This document shows positions 37,467 to 51,020 of a stretch of 64,000 nucleotides of DNA, in pieces. Each line of letters starts with the position of its first letter. The stretch's first letter is position 1. Source of the stretch: Malacoraja senta (taxonomy: Eukaryota). A program made the position numbers and the translations under genes. The DNA lies in contig CM075996.1 in the NCBI GenBank assembly GCA_038087875.1, positions 6,202,001 to 6,266,000 of the forward strand, read 5' to 3'. The notes beneath the pieces were generated by a model that did no database searches, was not told the DNA's origin, and saw only the letters and a list, made by a program, of their open reading frames with translations.

Positions 37467-38798
37467 AATCAAACACATTTTCCAGGTTTTCTGTGGAAAA
37501 GGAGGACATTTTTATTGAAATTTTGTAAATAAGAATTTTGAAAACTGCATCCCAGATTAATTTTTTATTGGCATATGTGTTACAATTACTCAGGAGCTGA
37601 TTGACTCTTGCACATAAAAGTTACTTTCACATTGTTTCACGTCCTGCATTGCATAGATTTAGAGCATGGATCTTTAAAGGCATCCCTACCCTTATCTGTT
37701 GGCATCGTCTGCATTCTGGGGGAAATGACTTGACATTCATAATTGAACAATGCTATTCTTGTGTGCCACTACTAATTTATCATAATGCTGTGATAATGGA
37801 CCTGAAACCACCAGTATTTCAGCTGACGGTAATAGATTTCAAAACACTTGGTAGCTGCTGCCTGCTTTAAGCTAATGTTGTATCAAACTTTCATTAGTTT
37901 CCTAGTTACACATTATGGAAATGGGTGGCAACTCAAATTCAATCTACTATTCCAAGGACCTAATCAGAAAAGCACTGCAATTTTAAAACTATTAATTGAG
38001 AGAAATTACTGTTGTACTGTTTGAACCTTTTGCTTTGTTTAAGTGTTGTACCGAATGAAGTAAATAGAATTAGTTCAATGATGGGATCTCTTGCTTTTAT
38101 TTGTACTTAAATTAATATAATATTCTCTGTTTTACTTTGTCACTTCACAATTCCCCTCTGTTCTACAGGAGAAACCATTGTTTGTTTGTATATTGAATAG
38201 CTAAATCCATCTTCTCAATCTATAGAGTGCCTTGGTGAGCGCATGCTCATCATTGAGTCAGAAGGGTTCAAGTTCAACGCCAGATGTGAGCTCAGAATTA
38301 CACACTGACTTGTAGGGTAGTTTTGAAGAGACTGCACCGTTGGATGGACCGGGATGTTAAATTGGGGCTTTCTGCTCTCAGGAGATTATCGAGGGTCCAA
38401 CAGCACTCCTCCAGTGAGGAACAGCGCATTTAATTTTGGGGGGCTTTTTATTCTTTTTATTCCTCAATCAACACTAGTTTAGTTTATACAGCATGGAAAC
38501 GGACCCTTCAGCCAACAGAGTTCAGTCTGACCATCGATCACCTGTCCACACTAATGCTATGCTATCTCACTTTCGCACGCACTAGGGGCAGTTTACAGAG
38601 GCCAATCAACCTACAAGCATGCAAGTCTTTGAGATGTAGAAGGAGATTAGAACACCCAGAGGAAATCCATGGCATCAAAGGAAAAAGTGCAAACTCCACA
38701 CAGACAGCACCTGAGATCATGATTAAATCTAGGTCTCCGGGGCTGTGAGATCTCTACCAACTCTGCCATAAAAGATGTGATGTCTGTCCATAAGACAG

Positions 38799-40583
38799 TG
38801 TTAACCCATCACATGTTAACCCATGTGAGAGCATGTTAACCCATGTGTGAGCATGTTAACCCATCCCATTTTAACCCATCACGTGAACCCATCATGTTAA
38901 CCCATGTAAGAGCATGCTAACCCACATGTGAGAGCATGTTAACGCATGTGTGGGAAACATGTTAACCCATGTGTAGGAAACATGTTAACCCATGTGTGGG
39001 GAACATAACCCACTTGTGGGGAACAGGTTAACCCACGTGTGGGGAAACATGTTAACCCATGTGTGTGAGCATGTTAACCCGTCACATACTAACCCAGTGT
39101 GTGGGAAGCATATTAACCCATCACATGTTAACCCAGTGTATGAGAGCATGTTAACCCATGTGTGAAAGCATGTTAATCCATCACATGTTAACCCATCACA
39201 TACTAACCCAGTGTATGGGAAGCATGTTAACCCAGTGTGTGTGAGCATGTTAACCCATGTGTGTGAGCATGTTAACCCATCACATACTAACCCAGTGTGT
39301 GGGAAGCATGTTAACCCAGTGTGTGGGAAGCATGTTAATCCAGTGTGTGTGAGCATGTTAACCCAGTGTGTGTGAGCATGTTAACCCAGTGTGTGAGCAT
39401 GTTAACCCAGTGTGTGGGAAGCATGTTAACCCAGTGTGTGTGAGCATGTTAACCCAGTGTGTGAGCATGTTAACCCAGTGTGTGGGAAGCATGTTAACCC
39501 AGTGTGTGGGAAGTATGTTAACCCAGTGTGTGTGAGCATGTTAACCCATCACATACTAACCCAGTGTGTGGGAAGCATGTTAACCCAGTGTGTGGGAAGC
39601 ATGTTAACCCAGTGTGTGGGAAGTATGTTAACCCAGTGTGTGTGAGCATGTTAACCCAGTGTGTGAGCATGTTAACCCAGTGTGTGGGAAGCATGTTAAC
39701 CCAGTGTGTGGGAAGTATGTTAACCCAGTGTGTGTGAGCATGTTAACCCATCACATACTAACCCAGTGTGTGGGAAGCATGTTAACCCAGTGTGTGGGAA
39801 GCATGTTAACCCAGTGTGTGGGAAGCATGTTAACCCAGTGTGTGGGAAGCATGTTAACCCAGTGTGTGGGAAGCATGTTAACCCAGTGTGTGGGAAGCAT
39901 ATTAACCCATCACATACTAACCCAGTGTGTGGGAAGCATGTTAACCCAGTGTGTGGGAAGCATGTTAACCCAGTGTGTGGGAAGCATGTTAACCCAGTGT
40001 GTGGGAAGCATGTTAACCCAGTGTGTGTGAGCATGTTAACCCAGTGTGTGTGAGCATGTTAACCCAGTGTGTGGGAAGCATGTTAACCCAGTGTGTGGGA
40101 AGCATGTTAACCCAGTGTGTGGGAAGCATGTTAACCCAGTGTGTGGGAAGCATGTTAACCCAGTGTGTGTGAGCATGTTAACCCAGTGTGTGGGAAGCAT
40201 GTTAACCCAGTGTGTGGGAAGCATGTTAACCCAGTGTGTGGGAAGCATGTTAACCCAGTGTGTGGGAAGCATGTTAACCCAGTGTGTGGGAAGCATGTTA
40301 ACCCAGTGTGTGTGAGCATGTTAACCCAGTGTGTGTGAGCATGTTAACCCAGTGTGTGTGAGCATGTTAACCCAGTGTGTGGGAAGCATGTTAACCCAGT
40401 GTGTGTGAGCATGTTAACCCAGTGTGTGGGAAGCATGTTAACCCAGTGTGTGGGAAGCATGTTAACCCAGTGTGTGTGAGCATGTTAACCCAGTGTGTGT
40501 GAGCATGTTAACCCAGTGTGTGTGAGCATGTTAACCCAGTGTGTGGGAAGCATGTTAACCCAGTGTGTGTGAGCATGTTAATC
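38799..40583. repeat. Minisatellite with ~20-24-bp units (consensus GCATGTTAACCCAGTGTGTGGGAA)
   Basis: Dozens of tandem units; variants GTGTGTGA and CATCACATACTAACCC; degenerate at the left end, homogeneous at the right. Confidence 0.97.
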
Positions 40584-40599
40584 CGTCTATAGGAGTGAC

Positions 40600-40679
40600 C
40601 TGTCCCTTTAAACCCGAGGAGGAGCCGAGCGGCTGCGATCACCATAGCAACTGAAGTGGCAACAGGGTGAAGCCGAGAG
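40600..40679 (+). promoter_or_regulatory. Probable promoter / non-coding first exon of CCDC96 with an RFX X-box
   Basis: CpG-rich patch; ATCACCATAGCAAC (40638-40651) is one mismatch from the X-box consensus GTYNCCATRGYAAC; second half-site GTGGCAAC; donor GAG|GTAAAT at 40680. Confidence 0.55.
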
Positions 40680-40857
40680 GTAAATGCGGGCCCCGCGCGG
40701 TTTACCGGCTTTTACCGGAGATTATTCTCGCAAAAGGACACCAAAGTAGTTCCGATAACGACTTAATGTGTCCAGCTGTTTGTCCCGAACTTGCGTCGAA
40801 CAGCTGACAACCCAGCGGTATGAAGATTGATCTCTCTAACTTCAAGTAACCCCTGCA

Positions 40858-41222
40858 TTCCCTCTCTCTCCCCCTCTCTCTCCCCCCCTCTCTCTCCCCC
40901 TCTCTCTCTCCCCCTCTCTCTCCCCCTCTCTCTCTCCCCCTCTCTCTCTCCCCCTCTCTCTCCCCCCCCTCCCCCTCTCTCTCTCTCTCTCAGCCCCCCC
41001 TCTCTCCCCCTCTCTCTCTCCCCCTCTCTCTCCCCCCTCTCCCCCTCTCTCTCTCTCTCTCAGCCCCCCCTCTCTCCCCCTCTCTCTCCCCCCTCTCTCC
41101 CCCTCTCTCTCTCCCCCTCTCTCTCTCTCTCTCCCTCTCTCCCCTCCCCCTCTCTCTCCCCCCTCCCTCTCTCACCCTTCTCTCCCTCTCCCCCCTCTCT
41201 CTCTCTACCCCTCCCTCCCTCC
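40858..41222. repeat. CT-rich polypyrimidine low-complexity tract
   Basis: About 365 bp made almost entirely of C and T. Confidence 0.95.
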
Positions 41223-41495
41223 TTGAACAACATTTTTTTGCACCTTTCATTCATTTGTTCTACATCTCTCTATTATCACCATCTATATCTCTCGTTCCCC
41301 TTTCCCCTGACTCTCAGTCTGAAGAAGGGTCTCAACCCAAAACGTCACCCATTCCTTCTCTGCAGAGATGCTGTCTGACCCGCTGAGTTGCTCCAGCATT
41401 TTATGTCTATCTTCAGAGTGAACCAGCATCTGCAGTTGCTTCCTACCCATTTACAATAAACCGGTTTTATTTTCCACACATTCCCATTCACTTCC

Positions 41496-41795
41496 CACGG
41501 TGCCGCAGCGGTAGAGTTGCTGCCTTACAGCACCAGAGACCCGGGTTCGATCCTGACTACGGGTGCTATCTGAACGGAGTTTGTGCGTCCCCCCTGTGAC
41601 TGCGTGGATTTTCTCTGGATGCTCCGGTTTCCTCCCACACTCCAAAGACGTACAGGTTTGTAGGTTAATTGGCTTCAGTAAAAAATGTAAATTTGTCCCT
41701 AGTGTTTAGGGATAGTGTTAGTGTACGGGGATAGCTGGTCGGTGCGGATTTGGTGGGCCAAAGGGCCTGTTTTCACGCTGTACTTCTAAACTAAA
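41496..41795 (+). mobile_element. tRNA-derived SINE (representative copy; others at about 3327-3506, 13805-13990, 45844-46135, 52570-52855, 62875-63190)
   Basis: A-box-like GGTGCCGCAGCGGT and B-box GGTTCGATCC, CR1-like 3' end and (CTAAA)n tail; many related copies in the window. Confidence 0.85.
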
Positions 41796-41984
41796 CAAAC
41801 AAATCTTCTGCCAGTAATTGGCACACAGTTTACAGCGGCCAGTTTGGGATGTGGGAGAAAATCTGAGAACCTGTGGAAACCTATGTAGACACAGGGAGAA
41901 CGTGCAAACTCCACACAGCCTTTGTGTCTGCAACAGGACCTGAATTTTCACACCTGTGGGGAAAAAAATAGAGCAAATCAACAC

Positions 41985-42365
41985 ACCTTCCGTATCCGAC
42001 CTCTGTCCTGGGTCTCCTCCATGGCCAGAGCGAGCAACACCGGAAATTGGAGGAACAGCACCTCATATTCCGCTTGGGGAGTCTGCATCCTGGGGGCATG
42101 AACATTGAATTCTCCCAATTTTGTTAGCCCTTGCTGTCTCCTCCCCTTCCTCAGCCCTCGGGCTGTCTCCTCCCATCCCTCAGCCCTCGGGCTCCACCTC
42201 CGCCTTTTTCCTTTCTTCTCCCCACCCCCCATCAGTCTGAAGAAGGGTTTCGGCCCGAAACGTTGCCTATTTCCTTCGCTCCATAGATGCTGCTGCACCC
42301 GCTGAGTTTCTCCAGCATTTTTGTGTGCCTTCGATTTTCCAGCATCTGCAGTTCCTTCTTAAACA
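41985..42365 (+). mobile_element. 3' end of a Penelope-like element
   Basis: Nearly the reverse complement of 30780-31125 (LSVLGLLH...EEQHLIFRLGSLHPGGMNIEFSQFC plus 3' UTR). Confidence 0.88.
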
Positions 42366-42595
42366 CCTTCAGAAGTGTTTGAAGGTTAAGCCTAGCTGTT
42401 GCAATGGTCAAGTCCCCAATGAATTTGGACCTTTACATATACGCATTGTCCTAGTTGACTTATAGAAACATTGATATAAACATTTGACACATTCATTTTC
42501 TTCTCTAATAGCAACAGACAGGAACAAACCAACTCCACCCGAAAGAAGGTGAGTGTTAACATATAAACCTGTAGTGGTAAGACTTGGCATGATAA

Positions 42596-42807
42596 AGGGC
42601 CTGTCCCACTTTCACGACCTCTGCCGAGTTTGCCCTTGACTCATACTTGCAGCATAGTCGTCATAAGGTCGTAGGTAGGTCGTAGCAGGCTGTGATGCTC
42701 GTAGATACTCGTGGCATCAAGTAGGTCGGGTCGTTTTTCTAGCCTGATGAAAATTGCCCACGAGTAAAAAAGGTCGTGAATTAGGTCGTGAAAGTGGGAC
42801 AGACCCT
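42596..42807. mobile_element. PIF/Harbinger-like MITE
   Basis: AGGGCCTGTCCCAC TIR with TAA on both sides. Confidence 0.8.
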
Positions 42808-44965
42808 TAACTATATGTATTTCTTTCCTACTGATGATAACTAGATTTTAATTCCAAATTTATTTAATGACTTGATTTTGTATGCCTCATCTGCTTTAGT
42901 GGATTTGAACTCATGCCTTTAGATTTAAAAAAATTAAATCTATCTTTATTCCTGTATTTGTACCAATTTTGGATACAAATTAAGGTTGGATGTGCACTTT
43001 TGGTATCACCCGCACTCATTTCAGATGACTGATGACTTCAGATGACTTTATCCAAAGGCATGAGTTCACTCAATCCACTAAAGCAGCTGAGGCGGACAAA
43101 ATCAAGTCGTCAAATACATCTAGAATAGATGGTACATTGTTCAGGAAAAAATTGGAACAATTTGATATCTTTGAGTCACAAGCAGAGTTTACAAAAGGAT
43201 GCTCACATGGTCTGATTCCAGTGCTTCAAAAGAAGGCAATGTTTTTATTTCTGACCAGCGGGTGTTGTAGCAGACATCAATGGATAATTCCAAACAATAT
43301 GAGACACTGTGAGCACTTTATTTCTTCAGTTCAGTTCAGTTTAGTTTATTGTCACGTGTACCAAGATACAGTGAAAAGCTTTTGTTGTGTGCTAACCAGT
43401 CAGCAATACATGATTACAATCGATCCATTTGCAGTGTGTAGACCCACGATAAGGGAATAACGTCTAGTGTAAGGTAAAGTCAGCAAAGTTCGATCAAGGA
43501 AAGTCAGGGTCACCAATGAGGTCAATAGTAGTTCAGCATTGCTCTCTGGTTGTGGTAGGATGATTCAGTTGCCCAATAACATCTGGGAAGAAACTGTCCC
43601 TGAATCTGGAGGTGTGCGTTTTCACACTTCTGTACCTCTTGCCTGATGGGAGAGGGGAGAAGAGGGAGTGGCTGGCTGGGTTCATTCAGCCCTTAAGAAA
43701 TGAGGAGCTCACAATGCCTCATATTATTTAACCAATAAACTACTATTTTAAGTGCAATTCCTGTTGAAATATATCTAAGATAATAATAATAATAAATACT
43801 TTATTGATCCCCTCAGGGAAATTCAGGGTTTACGCATAATCCTGCAACAAGCAGAAGATGAATGATTAATAATCAGTTTTTAGTGGTAATTGTTAAGGAA
43901 ATGCTATCCAGAATTTCTTCTCTTCCTTCAAAAAGTATTGCTGCATCCAGGCACATGGATCACTATTTATTGGATCCAATACCTGGCACCTTCAACAATA
44001 TAGCACTCTCCAACTACTGCATTAGATTGAGTCTGTAGAAGGGTTCCGACCTGAAACGTCACCTATTCTTTTTCTCCAGAGATACTGCCTGCACAAAATG
44101 CTGGCGTAACTCAGCGGGTCAGGCGGAGTTACGCCAGCATTTTGTGTCTGTCTTCTACATTAGATCCAACCTAGATTACATACTATTATGCATTACATGT
44201 AATGTCTTCTGCATTTTCTGTCACTTAAACTCTTATAGTTTAAAAAAAACAATGTTTTGGCCCGCTCTCATTGCCAAGATTTTTCAGGATGGAATAATCC
44301 TGTTGATGAGTAACTCTATACAAAAACTATTGACGGTATTGGCCCTCATTGGCTTTGTTATTCATATATGGGCATCATTACAAGACTGGCATGTATTCTA
44401 TACTGTCTCTCTAATTGGTGAGCTACCTGAAAGGTGAGCTACCTGATTGAATTGCTGCAGTCCTTCTTGGTTTAGTTTCATTTAGAGATACAGCACGGAA
44501 ACAGGCTCTTCGGCCCACCGAGTCCGTGCCGACCAGCGATCCCCACACAGTAACACTATCCTACACACACTAGGGACATATTACATTTATACCAAGCCAA
44601 TTAACCTACAAACCTGTACGTCTTTGGAAGTCTGTGGAAGTCTTGGAAGTCCTACAAGTCTGTGGAATTCGCTGCCTCAGAGGGTCAGAGGCAGGTTCTC
44701 TGGATGCTATCAAGAGAGAGCTAGATAGGGCTCTTAAAGATAGCGGAGTCAGGGGATATGGGGAGAATGCAGGAACGGGGTATTGATTGGGGATGATCAG
44801 CCATGATCACAAATGGTCTACTCCTGCACCTATTGTCTATTGTCTATTGTCTATATATTGATTGTCCCATAATATAAAAAGGCAAGTCCTGGTGAATACA
44901 AGAGTGAAGCGTTTGTTTTCAAGTTCATTGTGAAACAGTGCTTTATTTTATTCACCTTAGAGCAA

Positions 44966-45086
44966 ATGATTCAAGAAGAAGATGAAGAAGACGAGGATGT
45001 CGGATCTTTACAGCAAACAACGGACCTCGGACTTCAAAGCAGCTCTCTTGGGCCGAATGAGTCGGAAATCGAGACAGATGAGAAAT
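44966..45086 (+). CDS. Probable first coding exon of CCDC96 (acidic N-terminus MIQEEDEEDEDVG...)
   Basis: Acceptor ttattcaccttag at 44960, ATG at 44966, donor GTGAGA at 45087 in phase 1 matching the next exon. Assignment to CCDC96 is positional inference. Confidence 0.55.
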
Positions 45087-46425
45087 GTGAGAAGGAATAT
45101 GTATTTGGCTGTGTGTGCACACAATAAGCTAGGTACCTCTCCCAGAGACAGATAGAAATGCCACCATTCGCATGGTTGACCAGTTTAATTTACTTTAGAG
45201 ATACAGCGCAGAAACGGGCCCTTCGGCCCACCGGGTCCACGCCAACCAGCGGTCCCCACACTACACTAACACTATCCTTCACATACACCAGGGGACAATT
45301 TGTACATTTATACCAAACCAATTAGTCTACAAACCTGTACATCTTTGGCGTGTGAGAGGAAATCGGAGCCTCCCGAAGAAAACCCACGGGGAGAAGGTAC
45401 AAACTCTGTACAGACAAGCCCCTGGAATCAGGATCGAACCCGGGTTTCTGGCACTTTGATTACCCACGTAAGAAAAACGTTACTGGTCAAATACATCTAT
45501 TGCCTTTTTCACAAGCTTGCTGGGATGCTTAGATTTTACAGTCGTAGAGACGAGACATACAGCACAGAAATGAACCCAGGGTTTACCAAGACCTTGCCAA
45601 CCATCAGGCACCCAACCATGCTAATTCTACACAAATCCATTTTTTAGTCTCAAATTTCCATCAACCTGCTCCAGATTCCACGATTCACCTTCAAGCTCAG
45701 GACAAATCACACAGGCTAATTAACCTATCAACCTGCCCATCTTTGGAATGTGTAAGGAAACTGGCACATCTGAAGAAACCCATACGGTCACAGGGAGAAT
45801 GTGCGTACTCCACACAGACGGCAGCCGAGGTCAGGATTGACTCAGTAGCATAGCGGTAGAGCTATTGCCCTACAGCGCCAGAAACATGGGGTCAATCGTG
45901 ACTACGGGTGCTTGTCGTGACAAACGGAGTTTGTACGTTCTCCCCGTGACCTGCGTGGGTTTTCTCTAAGATCTTCAGTTTCCTCCCACACTCCAAAGAC
46001 ATACAGGTTCAGAAGTTAATTGGCTTGGCGTAAATATAAAATTGTCCCTTGTGTGTGTAGGGCAGTGTTAATGTGCGGGGATCGCTGGTCGGCGCGGACT
46101 CGGTGGGCTGAGTCTGTATCTCTAGACTAAACTAAACAGCATCTCTGCCAGCGACGCAACTGTGCCGTCCTAACTTTGTTTTTGAAATGCAGCGTGGAAA
46201 CAGGCCCTTCAGCGTATCGCGTCTGCGCTGACCGGCGATCACCCTTAGACTAGTTCCATCCTACACGCAAGAGGCAATTTATAGAAGCCAAATAACATAC
46301 GAACCTGCACATCTTTGGAATGTGGGCAGAAACCGGAGCAGCCGGTTAAAAGCCACGCGGACACGTGGAGAACATACAAAATCCGTCCCCGTAGTCAGGA
46401 TCGAATCCGGATTCTGGCGCTGTAA

Positions 46426-47148
46426 AGGGCCTGTCCCACTGATGCGACCTTTCAGCGACTGTCTTCGACCTTCAAGCTCGAGGGCACTCGCCTGAAAAAC
46501 CTCCAGCTGGATCGACCGTCAGCGATGAAACCGCAAGCCCGACCACACATGCACACACGCACACACGCACACACACACACCCCCCCCCCAAAGGCGGGGG
46601 CCAGGGAAAGCGGGGGAGCGCTGTCTGAAATTCACACCCGCGAGGAACAGGAAGGTAAACGACGTCTGGCACAGTTACGGTAAGTCCTTTAGAGAGGGGG
46701 GGGGGGGATAGGGGGGTGGAGAAGGAGTGGAGACAATTTTAAGAAGCCAGACAACGTTTAATAAAGTTTAACGGGCATTTAACATTAGCGGTCGGATTAC
46801 TTACCTTTTTTTTCTCAACGAGCTTTACCTTCGACTACCTTCCATTACCTTTGATTGCCTTCGATTATCTAGGATAGCATGCCGACCTACTACGACCTAC
46901 CTCGACTAAACCTACAAGTAAAAAAATATTGTTTGTTCTCCCACGGCGACCTTTTCTTACTCGCGGGCATTTTTCAGCATGTTAAAAAAAAATGCCGCGA
47001 CCTAGCTGAGGCCTCGAGTACGCGGGGACTACCCTCGAGCATGAAGGAGAGTCACAAAGACCTCCTAGGACCTCGTGTCGAGTACGAGTCGAGGGCAAAC
47101 TCTTCTAAACTCGCGAATTAGGTCGCCCCAGGCAGTGGGACAGCCCCT
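46426..47148. mobile_element. PIF/Harbinger-like element inserted into a SINE
   Basis: Same TIR; splits the SINE motif GGCGCTGTAA|GGCAGC and duplicates TAA. Confidence 0.85.
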
Positions 47149-47450
47149 TAAGGCAGCAGCTTTACTGCTGCGCCCCTGTGTCGCCCCTGCTGTACTGTAA
47201 TGTTGCAGTACCTGCAGATCATCACATCTGAGACTAAAGAGATGCATAGGGGGGGGATGGAGGGAGATGAAGAGAATTGTGGTAGGGCTTATTATCCAAT
47301 CTGATTGTGCATAGGTTGGGAGAGGCACTGACAATAGTCATGGAACAATTCTAGCCGCCCGCACACTTTATTTTCAAACGGGTAAATTACATATTCAGTC
47401 CCAGTGCTCTTGATATCTTGTGGAAATAATGTGAATGGTTTTGTTTCCAG

Positions 47451-47606
47451 CTTCCGAGGTTATTATTACCGAAGCAAATGAGGATGATGACGTGAATGAA
47501 ATTAATCTGCTATCTGCCAGCGAGCAAATTTCCCAAGAATTTCAACTGTCTAGAAGCGATGAAATATCTTTAGTGGAAAAGGAGAGCGAACTGAGCAGCA
47601 TCGTCA
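47451..47606 (+). CDS. Probable second coding exon of CCDC96 (acidic)
   Basis: Acceptor ttttgtttccag, phase 1; SEVIITEANEDDDVNEINLLSASEQISQEFQLSRSDEISLVEKESELSSIV; donor GTATGT at 47607 (or GTCAGT at 47603). Confidence 0.55.
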
Positions 47607-48643
47607 GTATGTTTGTCCTTGTGTGTAAAAATGTGGGAGCAATCCTGAACTTGGTTATACCGGTTATAGTGGTGGACGCAAAAAGCTGGAGTAACTCAGC
47701 GGGTCCAGCTTTTTGTGTATACATAGAAACATAGAAAATAGGTGCAGGAGGAGGCCATTCGGCCCTTCGAGCCAGCACCACCATTCATTGTGATCATGGC
47801 TGATCGTCCCCAATCAATAACCCGTGCCTGCCTTCTCCCCATATCCCTTAATTCCACTAGGCCCTAGAGCTCTATCTAACTCTATCTACCTTTGGTTTAA
47901 ACCAGCATCTGCAGTTCCTTCCTACACAGGAAGCAATTAGTTTTGCTCCAGTCTTGATATTCTACCGAATATCACACTTGATCCACACTTGATCGAAAGC
48001 TGCATTGAAAGTTGGTGGTAAATTTTATTCTCGGTGCCTGCCTTTACCGAGAGGTGGTGCCCACGATATAGGAATTGGTCGGTGTTTCCAGTATCTAGCA
48101 ATGAACGTTTATTGCCGGAACACAGCTTCCTGCATCCGCGCAGTGCTGTGACCAATTTTCAAATAAGTCCCTGCCCCCTGAGTTACTCCAGCTTCTTGTG
48201 TCTATCTACCAATTTTCAAAAGTTGGTTTCTGAGCCGAGCTTGAAGTTAAACAAAGGGGACCGGAATCGGGCAAAAATTCACAAGCTTATTGAGAATCGT
48301 AAACAAATGTTCCAGGGAGTAAATAATGGAGACTGCAACATTACAAGGAGACGTCAAAAACACTGGTACCGAGATACAATGAAAACCTTTGCACGCTATC
48401 CAGTCAAGTCATATTATGCCACAAGCCACACATATACTGTCTGACCCGCTGAGTAGACACACATATCCCTAAGTGGTGCTGTTGTCTCAGTGGCCGAGCG
48501 TGTTACCACCTGTGGAGTAGATTTTAATTTCTGCATTGGCCGTCAAACAAGCAACAGCCTGGTAGTTCCTTCTGAAACGAAGACACTGAATTTAGTCTTT
48601 CCATTGAATACAATTGTTGTTCTGCTCGAGAGCAGACTCAATC

Positions 48644-48843
48644 NNNNNNNNNNNNNNNNNNNNNNNNNNNNNNNNNNNNNNNNNNNNNNNNNNNNNNNNN
48701 NNNNNNNNNNNNNNNNNNNNNNNNNNNNNNNNNNNNNNNNNNNNNNNNNNNNNNNNNNNNNNNNNNNNNNNNNNNNNNNNNNNNNNNNNNNNNNNNNNNN
48801 NNNNNNNNNNNNNNNNNNNNNNNNNNNNNNNNNNNNNNNNNNN
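48644..48843. other. Assembly gap (200 N)
   Basis: Run of N with a round length, typical of a placeholder of unknown size. Confidence 0.99.
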
Positions 48844-50020
48844 GATCCTGACATTACGTGGGGCCCAGGAACCAAGTAGACAACAGTAGTGGTGTCACTG
48901 TGTAGGAAGGATGCTGGTTTCAACTGAAGATAAACACAAAATGCTGGAGTAACTCAGCGGGACAGGCAGCAGCATCTCTGGAGAGAAGGAATGGGTGACT
49001 TTTCGGGTCGAGACCCTTCTTCAGACCACTGTTGCCACTAGAGTGCTCCTTATTATCCCCATGCACTGATGGTATAATCGGCTCCTTTTAAGGAGTCGAT
49101 GCTGCCAGGGAGATTCCTGGCCATCCTACAGCTGGGGTATTTGGCCAGGCCATACAGATGTGGACCGTGCAGATCGGGAGCCGTAGTGGATCCTTAAAAA
49201 CTGAGGATGCACACCCTGGGTGCAGACAGATTACATGGAGAGAAACTGTTCCCAGGGAGTGAAATAAACCATATCCCTTGGCAAAAAACCCCACACAAAG
49301 TTCAGGAGTAACTCTGTGGGTCAGGCAGCATTCCTGGAGAACATGGATTGATGACATTTCAGTTTGGGACCTTTCTTCAGTCACTCCAGCACTTTATATC
49401 TTTTTTTGTAAACCAGCATCTGCAGTTCCTTGTTTCTACATTTTGTATCTATCCTTGTTCTCCAAGAATGCTGCCCGACCTGCTGAGTTACTGAGTTACT
49501 CCAGCACTTTTTTTTGTAAACAAGCATCTGCAGTTTCTTGTTTCTACATTTTGTACCTATCCATGTGCTCCAGGGATATCTTCTCCAGAGATGCTGCATG
49601 CCCCGCTGAGTTGCTCCAGCATTTTGTGTCTGTCTTCGGTGTAAACCAGCATCTGCAGTTCCTTCCTACACATGTTCTCCAGGGATGCTGCCTGACCCCA
49701 TGGGTTACTCCAGCATTTTTTTGGGTTGTAAACCAGCATCTGCAGTTCCTTGTTTTATAATTGGCAGAAAGTTCAATGAATTGATTGGCAAAAGAACAAA
49801 AAGTGATACGAGGTAAAGTACTTTCAGCATGGTGCATGGTTAGATTCTGCATGGGTTAGATAGTGGAGGCAGATTCAGCTGTCACATTGGGAAGGGAATG
49901 GGATAAATCTTTGAAAAGAGAAAGAGTGGAGGGAAAGAGAGAGAGTTCAGGGTGGGGGGGCTTGTGGTTTGTTCTTGCACTGAGCTGGCATGGGTGAGTG
50001 CCTGGGGTAATGGGGAGAAT

Positions 50021-50808
50021 TCAAGTCAAGAGAGTTTTATTGTCATGTGTCCCAGATAGGACAATGAAATTCTTGCTTGCTGTAGCACAACAGAGTGTTG
50101 TAAACAAAAATACAGAACAGTTCAGTTCAATACACACATAAATAAGCAGATAAAGTGCAATAGGCTGTTACAGTTCAGAATCTGTTTGTTGGCGAGTTTA
50201 ATCGCCTGATGGCTGTGGGGAAGTAGCTGTTCCTGAACCTGGATGTAACAGATTTCAGGCTCCCGTACCTTCTACCTGATGGTAGCGGAGAGATGAGTGC
50301 GTGGCCAGGATGGTGTGGGTCCTTGATGATGTTGGCCGCCTTTTTGAGGCAGCGACTGCGATAGATCCCCTCGATGGTGGGGAGGTCAGAGCCGATGACG
50401 GACTGGGCAGTGGTTACAACTTTCTGCAGCCTTTTCCGCCCCTGGACCCTCAGGTTTCCGAACCAAGCCACGATGCAACCGGTCAGCATGCTCTCCACTG
50501 CGCACCTGTAGAAGTTCGAGAGAGTCCTCTTTGACATACCGACTCTCCGTAGTCTTCTCAGGAAGTAGAGGCGCTGATGTGCTTCCTTTATGATTGCATC
50601 AGTGTGCTGGGACCAGGAAAGATCTTCGGAAATGTGCACGCCCAGGAATTTGAAGTTCTTGACCCTTTCCACCATTGATGTAAAAGGGATTGTGGGTCCC
50701 TATCCTACCCCTTCCAAAGTCCACAATCAGTTCCTTGGTTTTGCTGGTGTTGAGAGCCAGGTTATTGTGTTGGCACCATTTGGTCAATCGGTCGATCTCA
50801 CTTCTATA
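50021..50808 (-). mobile_element. 5'-truncated Rex1/Babar-like LINE
   Basis: WCQHNNLALNTSKTKELIVDF and, after a frameshift, VERVKNFKFLGVHISEDLSWSQHT...AHQRLYFLRRL...HPGHALISPLPSGRRY. Confidence 0.88.
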
Positions 50809-51020
50809 CTAAACTTCTATACCTTAGAAGGCAGGAGAATGGGGTTGAGAGGGAATGATAGATCAGCCACGATTGAATGGTGGGGTAGACTTGAAGGGCC
50901 AAATGGCCTAATGTTCCTGATCACTTAAAGGCCAACGGGCTGAATGGAGTCGTTCCCCCCCCCCCCTCCGTGCTGTTTTTTCCGATTCTGTAACCCAACT
51001 TCCGTTCGGTGTTGTTGCAG

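Noticed and set aside
38799..40583. CRISPR-like array, or repetitive coding ORFs (HVNPVCGK / MLTQCVGS)
   Set aside because: There are no unique spacers and the context is eukaryotic; the ORFs are by-products of a 24-bp tandem unit.
40827..41378. Pro/Ser/Leu-rich 183-aa ORF
   Set aside because: It is a translation of the CT low-complexity tract.
41496..41570. tRNA gene
   Set aside because: The A/B boxes belong to a SINE head that continues into the SINE body; there is no complete cloverleaf.
48490..48923. ORFs spanning the N run
   Set aside because: They are artefacts of translating through the assembly gap.
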